DNA from: Octopus vulgaris
Lineage: Eukaryota
Direction: 5' to 3'
NCBI GenBank assembly: GCA_951406725.2
Contig: OX597823.1
Coordinates: 55,738,001-55,802,000 of the forward strand
DNA length: 64,000 nucleotides
The position numbers and the translations under genes are program-made. Below, one piece after another: positions 56,205 to 64,000 of this stretch. The notes beneath the pieces are model-generated. The model searched no databases, was not told the DNA's origin, and saw only the letters and a list, made by a program, of their open reading frames with translations. The first letter of the stretch is position 1. Each line of letters begins with the position of its first letter.

Positions 56205-56708
56205 GAAAATTGTTTAAAAACGACAGTCACTAGAGAAGCCAGTCAGTTTAACGAGATATTCCTGAATGAATATTTGCGCAAGGATATTACAGCATCTCAG
56301 TAATACAAGTTTGGTTTCCGTACTTGACAGCAACGTGTAATTGATACAACCCAATACAAATAATGAATCAGTTGCTGAATGTCATACTTTTTATTTTTAA
56401 CAAATGTCTATACATACATACATACATACATACATACATACATACATACATAAATACATACATACATACTTACATACATACATACATACAATACATACAT
56501 ACATAATACATACATACATACATACATACGCACTACGTACGTACGTACATACATTCTTATAGGGATTGATAGACAGAAGGGTACATAGAGAGAGAGAGAG
56601 AGAGACAGACAGAGAGAGAGAGAGACAGAGACAGAGAGAGAGACAGAGAGACAGACATATATTCATATCTATCTATCTGTCTGCATATCTATCTATTTAT
56701 CTATTTAT

Positions 56709-56777
<69 letters not shown>

Positions 56778-56944
56778 AATCTTATATGTATGTATGTATG
56801 TGTGTATGTATGTATGTATAAATGTATGTATGTATGTATGTATGTATGTATGTATGTATGTATGTATGAACGTATGTATGTATTTATGTGTGTATGTATG
56901 TATGTATGTATGTATAAATGTATGTATGTATGCATGAACGTATG

Positions 56945-57002
<58 letters not shown>

Positions 57003-58247
57003 CGTGTGTGTGTGTATGCTTGTATGAATGTATAAAGAAATTGAGTAAACCCAGGCGAATATCTCTGTAAGCATTTTGTGTAAACACAATCTGGCCAACA
57101 GGATGCCCAGTCAAGATTATAGTAACCTGACATTTTATCTTAAAGGTAAATTTGAAACCTCATCTTTATCCATGGAAAAAATGCGGCTTAATTCACACTC
57201 TTTCACTTTGGAGGGCCAGTAATAATGAAGCGAGGGATGGGCACAGACGATTATGTTACAACAATAACTACTGCATTTTCACAGACGATTTTGTTACAAC
57301 AATAACTACTGCATTTTCGCAACGCTTTCCAGTTGTAGAAATGACACAGAACAACTTTGCTGATCATAATGCCCTGAGATTATGCAATATGAGGAGGAAA
57401 TTAACTATTAGATTCACTGATTCAAGAATGTTGATATTTGATTTTAAATACTACAAAGGCTAAGCCATATCCACTCTCTATCACCCCTGATAACAGCCAT
57501 TCTGTTAGATGGTTGAAAGTAGAGAAAAGACTATAGCACTAGTTCATTTAACTTTGCTCAGAATACATTGCGAATGAAGTATTCCCAACTGCTACCAATA
57601 TCAAAAGGAAAACTGGAAGACCTCAAAGAATTATGGAAACAACTGATGCCTACAATGTCAGTGGATCATTAAGCTAAATTATTAGCAGAATTGATAAACA
57701 CAGAATTAGTCGAATCAAATGACACAATACTGGACGACGATAGATGCATAATGGATTACACTAATTAAAATAAATAACTAGAGATAGCTATAAATATGCA
57801 ATTTTCTGTCGATATATAGACACATATTTCACTTGAACAATGAATAGCATTCAACTTCCTAAACAATCAAATCTATAAACTAGCTATAAATTAGAAAAAA
57901 GATTTCCAATTGTTTTTTTGCTTCAATGTATCAACACCTATTAGACAATAATAATTCACTTAAATACGTATTAAAATTTGTAAGTAATTCACAAACTCAC
58001 AAAAAATATTAAGCTGAAGCATCAATACACTTTGGAAAATTCATAATGGATTTAGAAGTAAATTTGGAAAATGTTGAATATTCTACCATACACGTCATAT
58101 ACATACATACATACATACATACATACATACATACATACATACATACGTGCATAGATACTTATATAAATATATATGTATGTATTTATATGTATATGTGTAT
58201 ATATATATTTTTTGTTCCGAATTTGTGTAAATGTGTATAGAATAATA

Positions 58248-60150
58248 TATCAGTTAAAACATGGGATGGTTTTCACGCTTTTTATCATTTATTAAAATTT
58301 TTTACCGTGTTGACATGAGTTAAATAGTCAAACATTTTTTGTAGTATTGATACAGTTCAATTAGCGCTTTCATACGTTCGTAGTAATCATCAGATTTCAA
58401 AATGTTTTTTAACTGACTGTTGAATTCTTAATAACTGTAGTAAAATGACTGACTTGTTCCTTTTCATATCCCTTAGAAGGCTCCAACAAGCTGAATTTTT
58501 GGAATACAGTTTTGACCAATCCGCATGCATCTTAAACGTCAAGGTTTGCCGGGCGTACAGATATTACTAGCATAGATCCCGCCTTTATTTTAACCAATTA
58601 GCTTGCGATTTACATGTGATGGTTTTATGAGTGAGCAAACTTAGTTGATTTTGATCGTTTTTATTTCCGTTGGTGGGAGTCTTCTGTAATTTGTTTATAT
58701 TCATATGTTAAAGATATTTTTTAATCCGCATCATTAACTGGTTGCATTATTATTGTTGTTATTTACGTTCAGAACATGATTGAACATTTTAATAAAACGT
58801 TTTTCTTTTATCTTTCTTCCAACCTCACTTGTGTTATGTAGTTTGTGAAGAAGAAAAATTAGAAACATTTTGTAACCACATATGTTCACTCAATAGAATT
58901 TGGGGAACATTAGTGTTCAGGATTTGTTGTCTGTGGACTCGTGAATGTTTTATCTTGTTCGTTCATATTGAATTTTGTCTAAGTTAATAGTTTCTTTAGG
59001 TTATGTGGTTGCCTTTTTGCTTAAGACACGTGTTTGATTAGTTATTATGTTTTTAATTTTTCACTTTGTTTCATGATTAGAAAATTTGTTTTGATGATGT
59101 TAAAAATGTTTTGGTGATGCGGATTGTGTGTTACTAGAAATGGTGTTGTGTTCCGTTGATGGGTTCGTCTTTTTCGTATTGCCCTAAATTTTTCTATAGG
59201 TATCTCATTTGCTCGTTGTATGTTATTTTCTATAAGTAGGAGAGAGTAATTTTGCTTGAGCAGAAATCCCTTGAGGTCGTATGTTACTGGTATTTGGATC
59301 ATCTACTAAAGTAAAAATTTTCCTAAGTACGGGATGTTGCGTTTTGTGTGTGCTCGGTAGCATGATTTGAAATTTAGGTACTGGTGTGTATCTGTTCTTT
59401 TATAAATATCGGTTGTGATTATGGTTTTCTTTTTAATTACCATTATGTCAAGAAATGATAATTATGAGTTGCTCATTTCTCGTGTGAATTTGAGACTAGG
59501 GTGCAATTGTAGAGGAAGGTGCTGAGTTCTTCCAGATTTTCTACGGATGTGGTCCAAATTAGGAAACAATCATCGATGTATCTGTTCTATGTGTCCTCTA
59601 TATGTCTTCTAAAGATCAGGATGTAGTTTTCTTCAATTTTTTTATATAGGTTTTGTTCCAAGTATCCCAATACTGATTTCGCGAAAACTGGGGCAAATCA
59701 TGTACCCATAGTTGTGCCTTGAATTTGGAGGTGTTTTCCCGTTGAAAAGGTATGTATTGTTTTCGAGGATGAGACTGACTGTGTCTAGTATGAAGGTTAC
59801 AGAAAATCTGCTGGGAATCGCTTCTCTATGTTTCCCGACTCAATCATTTATGGCAGTGCATTGGATTCTGTTGATTTGGGCAGATGTGACAGGAAATCGA
59901 TGTCATCCCGAATGAACTTGGGTATGTGACTACGTAGAGGTTTTAGGACAATGTTACGAACTCAAATGTCACTTAAACACATATTGAAATCAGATGATTA
60001 CTACAAACGTATGAAAGTGCTAATTGAACTTTATGAACATTACAAAATATTTTTTTAATGTTTAACACACTCCAGCACTGTAAAAAATTATTGAATACAA
60101 TAATAAAAAAATAACCTGAACCTGACCAAGTTTTAATTTTATTCAACTGA
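58248..60150 (-). mobile_element. 5'-truncated PLE with RT and inverted pseudo-LTRs, each carrying an HHR motif
   Basis: TYLFNGK..QIQGTTMGT, RYIDDCFLIW (~59555-59583), TDIYKRTDTHQYLNFKSC..HTKRNIPY. 58248-58410(-) is homologous to 59973-60150(+). HHR CUGAUGA-UUAC..GUAU-GAAA-GCGC-UA at 58359-58396(-); CAGAUGA copy at 59988-60025(+). Confidence 0.9.
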
Positions 60151-60418
60151 TATATATAAATATATATAGAGACAGGGAGGGAGAGCGACATATATATGTA
60201 TATATAGACACACATATATGCATGTAAAATAAGTCTATATGTATGCATATATGTATTATAAAACCTACTGACGAGATGATGATCAGTTCTCTTAAATTAA
60301 AATAATACGTATATATGCATGTTTATGTGTCACGGTTGTGCGTGTATGAGCATGTGTGTGCCTGTCTGTGCGTGTCTGAGCGCGTTTTTGTATGCGCGCA
60401 CGCATGTACGTGTGTGAG

Positions 60419-60526
<108 letters not shown>

Positions 60527-60534
60527 TGTGTGTT

Positions 60535-60572
<38 letters not shown>

Positions 60573-61094
60573 TGCTGCTTCGCTCCGTCGTTATTGCGTT
60601 TGTTGCAAATCTCTGAAGCAAGTTGAAACGCACCAACAACAACAACAACAAAAACAACGAGAGCAACAAAAACAGCGACGATAACAACAAAAATAACAAC
60701 AAGAGCAACGGCAACAATGACAATAGCTACAAAAGCAACAGCAACATATCAGTAAAAAAAAACGTAAACCGTAGCAACTACAACGCCAACAACAACAACA
60801 ACAATATCGATAAGAAAAATTACAACCACAATATCAAAAATGAATGCGAAATTGTGGTTTTATAAAACGAGGCCTAAATGAGGTTGACAGAGAGCCTGAG
60901 TGATAAATTCCATCCGTCAATTCATCTTCGCTCTGTATGCCCGGGAGGGTCGTACAAGCGGCATCCTCAAGTACCAGCTGTAAAGAATCCTTTCAAAAGC
61001 GACTGACATTAGATTTTCCGGCTGGATTCCCAAAGCACAACCAAATGGCATTGTGGACATCATCCAGATTGAATATTTATATTATCCAATATTT

Positions 61095-61418
61095 ATTGGG
61101 TTGTCCGGAAAGTTCGTGCCGATTTATAGTAGCTTACCTTTCGGCTTATTTTAGAACATGGTTGAGTCCATAAAGTAGGATTTGACCACACCTCCATTTA
61201 GAGCACAGTTTAAGCTATCTTTTCGTGGAAGAAGTTTTATGATCCTATAACCTGTGTTAATTCTGTAACCCTTTAAAATGGAAGATAAGAAAGTTCATTT
61301 TCGGCACTTGATGCTTTGGGAACCAGACAAAAATTGCTGCAGCTCGGCTGGGATGTGTTACCCCACCCTCCATATTCACCAGATATTGCTCCTTCGGATT
61401 TCCACTTATTCAGGTTTC

Positions 61419-61420
<2 letters not shown>
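61095..61420 (+). mobile_element. Internally deleted mariner transposon
   Basis: TA + TIR-like TTGGGTTGTCCGGAAAGTTCGTGCCGATTT, N-terminus MEDKKVHFRHLMLWE joined out of frame to RQKLLQLGWDVLPHPPYSPDIAPSDFHLF (mariner YSPDLAP motif). Confidence 0.88.
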
Positions 61421-61453
<33 letters not shown>

Positions 61454-61599
61454 ACACAGTTACAAGAGCGCAATATATAATAAAACACAGACTGACTTTA
61501 TTTTTTGAATAATAATTTCAGCAATGCGTCTGTCTTCAGCCTCAAAATAAGATAACATTAATGAAAAATGCACAGGAATGCAGAAATTCTAAAAAAAAT

Positions 61600-62146
61600 T
61601 CATTTGGTCTATTTTGAAAATCGCTTAAAACCATTGAGACTTTCCTATACAACGGAAAAGGATTTGAAAGGAAAATGCCGGATATTGTCGTCTATAAGAA
61701 GTGTCATGTAAATGATGTACGACGGTCTTTTAATGACAGAATGTCAGAGTAAATAAAAGGGGGCTGAGGGAAGAGAAAGAAAAAAATAATAATGTCTCAA
61801 AGTATCAACTTCTGAATCACTGGAAGAATGAAGTTAATAGGGTCATGTTCCCGTATATTGTCTCTTGGCTTTTGGAACTGTAACAGAGAATTTGGAACGA
61901 TTGGCATTAATCTGACAGAATGAGCAGATCAGAAAATGTATGTACTTAGTTCAACAGGAATTATTTATGGAAACGCTTCGATACAAAGTAAGAACAGATA
62001 TGAAGACCATAAAGGTACTTTATGGGAGAAATGACAAAAATATTTCTGGTCTTAGCCCACGAGTTATGACCCAATAGGGAAACCTAAAATTACTATTGAT
62101 AGTTATTGATCCCAAACTGGATTCACTGGTCCTTTTGACAAGGTCT

Positions 62147-62189
<43 letters not shown>

Positions 62190-63310
62190 TCTATCCATTC
62201 ATTCATTCATTTATTTGTTTTGCTGTGTAGAAACTTCCTCACCAGGCTATGCAGTTGGGAATGTCGGTTATTTGCCGAATACTCGACCATAGTTACATTA
62301 GCTCAAACACCAAGAATTATTTGTTATAGTGAAGCGCTGAAAGTATGAAAATATATCTCAACATTAAGATTCCTAGTCTCCTCCAGAAGGCATCATTTGA
62401 AGGAAGATGAAGAGTATCGTTGTCTAATAACAGCAAGGACTGAACAAGTCCCAGCATCACAGCGCTCACGCGTGTAACGGAGATCTGCAATTGTGGCGAT
62501 TGCTAATTAATTCCCATTAACCACTAAACTGGTTGTCTCATTATGCTTCCCCCTCGCATGATATACCATTAAGAGGCTGAAGGACAAAAGCGGCCCTTAA
62601 ATTCTACTCATTGTTTTATCTCCCTTACCTTTTTTCCTTCCTTTCTTTTTCTTGTTTATTTATAAACAAATCCTTTGTAACGGTTTTAACTTGTGACCTG
62701 TTTCAAATTGTTACTGACCAATATAGAGACCGCTGGATTTAGACTTATTCCATTGTGGACTATATGGGGAATTCTTGGTATTAATTTCCTGTGAGTAAAT
62801 TTTTTATTTAGTAACCTACGTTAATTGTTCACCTTTTCTTAAATTTGCTCCGTTAACATAGATTTGACCTTTACATAGAGCTTCTTGATAACTTATTTTT
62901 TTAACACCATAACCCCCACTCCTATCTGTACCCTCCCGTTAATACCTTGTAGTATTCCCTAGTCCTTTAATACCTCACTCTCTCATCTACGCTCTTTGAG
63001 CGCTGATGGTAAATAATTATGTGCATTTAACATAGTGGTTTTCTGGACTATTTGTCTTAGCCATGTTTCCTTTCATTTTCCTTCTTCCTTTTGTTTATAT
63101 TTTATGCACTTGTTTTTCTCTCTGATGAAGATCTGTTGCCTTAATTCGAATGCTCTAAGAAGATGAAGAATTTTATTCACACATTTATGTATAGACTGCA
63201 TTCTAGTAATCTGATTAGAAACAGCTCTTAGCTTTGTTATGTCTTGTATTGTCTCAATAAACAAGCTTTAAAATGTGGTCCAATCGATGAATTGGTTAAT
63301 CTAGGTTTTT
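61600..63310 (+). mobile_element. Possible old PLE remnant with HHR-like 3' region
   Basis: Decayed coding-like sequence; CTGATGA at 63122 and GAAACAGCTCTT at 63218 resemble a long-stem-II pLTR HHR. Weak. Confidence 0.35.
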
Positions 63311-63332
63311 TTCCATTTTCTAATTATTTGCA

Positions 63333-63375
<43 letters not shown>

Positions 63376-63569
63376 TGTGTATATGTGATATAAGTATATT
63401 GCGCAGGCTAGCTGCGTGGGAAGAAGCTTGCTTCTCAAACACATGGTTCGGGGTTCAGTCGCACTGCGAAGCAACTTGAGGTGTCTTCTGCCATAACTTC
63501 GGGCCAACCAGTCTTGTGAATGGATTTGGTAGAAGAAAACTGAAAGAAGCTTGTATATGTGTGTGTGCG

Positions 63570-63614
<45 letters not shown>

Positions 63615-64000
63615 TGTATCTGTGTGCGTGTGTGCGTGTGTATGCGTGTGTGCGTGTGTATGCGTGTGTGCGTGTGTATGCGTGTGTGCGTGTGTATGCG
63701 TGTGTGCGCGCACATAGATGTGTGCGTGTACGTGTGTGAGCTTTGGTGTCTCATTATGCATAATTAGATTTCTGGCATTGACATAAAGCCAGAATTACAT
63801 AAAGGTGGAAGATAAAGGTAAGAAACATGTAGAGGAGGGAGATGAAGGGCATAATCAATTAAGCCACGTTGGTTTTAAGTTTATTAAACTCTGAAAGATG
63901 AAAGACAAACGCAAATCCGGCATCGTTTGGATCAGAGGAACTATTTCATACTGAAAGTTCAGTGTTGTGTTTGAATACGTATACATACATACATACATAC

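Overview
AT-rich eukaryotic (animal) genomic DNA, very dense in microsatellites, with no intact host protein-coding gene I can support. The SINE families and simple-repeat load point to a coleoid cephalopod, probably Octopus (inference, not verified). Most ORFs in the supplied track are translations of (TA)n, (CA)n, (TACA)n, (GATA)n or trinucleotide repeats. The recognisable content is decayed mobile DNA: an internally deleted Ty3/Gypsy LTR element, several Penelope-like elements (PLEs, with RT YIDD/YRDD motifs and GIY-YIG endonuclease), CR1/L2-, RLE-, L1/Tx1- and RTE-like LINE fragments, mariner and hAT MITEs, Helitron/Helentron-type non-autonomous elements and about 35 tRNA-type SINE copies from three families. 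The most striking signal is about a dozen minimal type I hammerhead-ribozyme (HHR) motifs in several unrelated sequence families. Most lie in short non-coding cassettes inserted in (TA)n tracts. Several form fold-backs with PLE architecture (3' pseudo-LTR plus tail, inverted 5' copy), and two carry a U3-A8 covariant core. Coordinates were counted by hand and may be off by a few bases.
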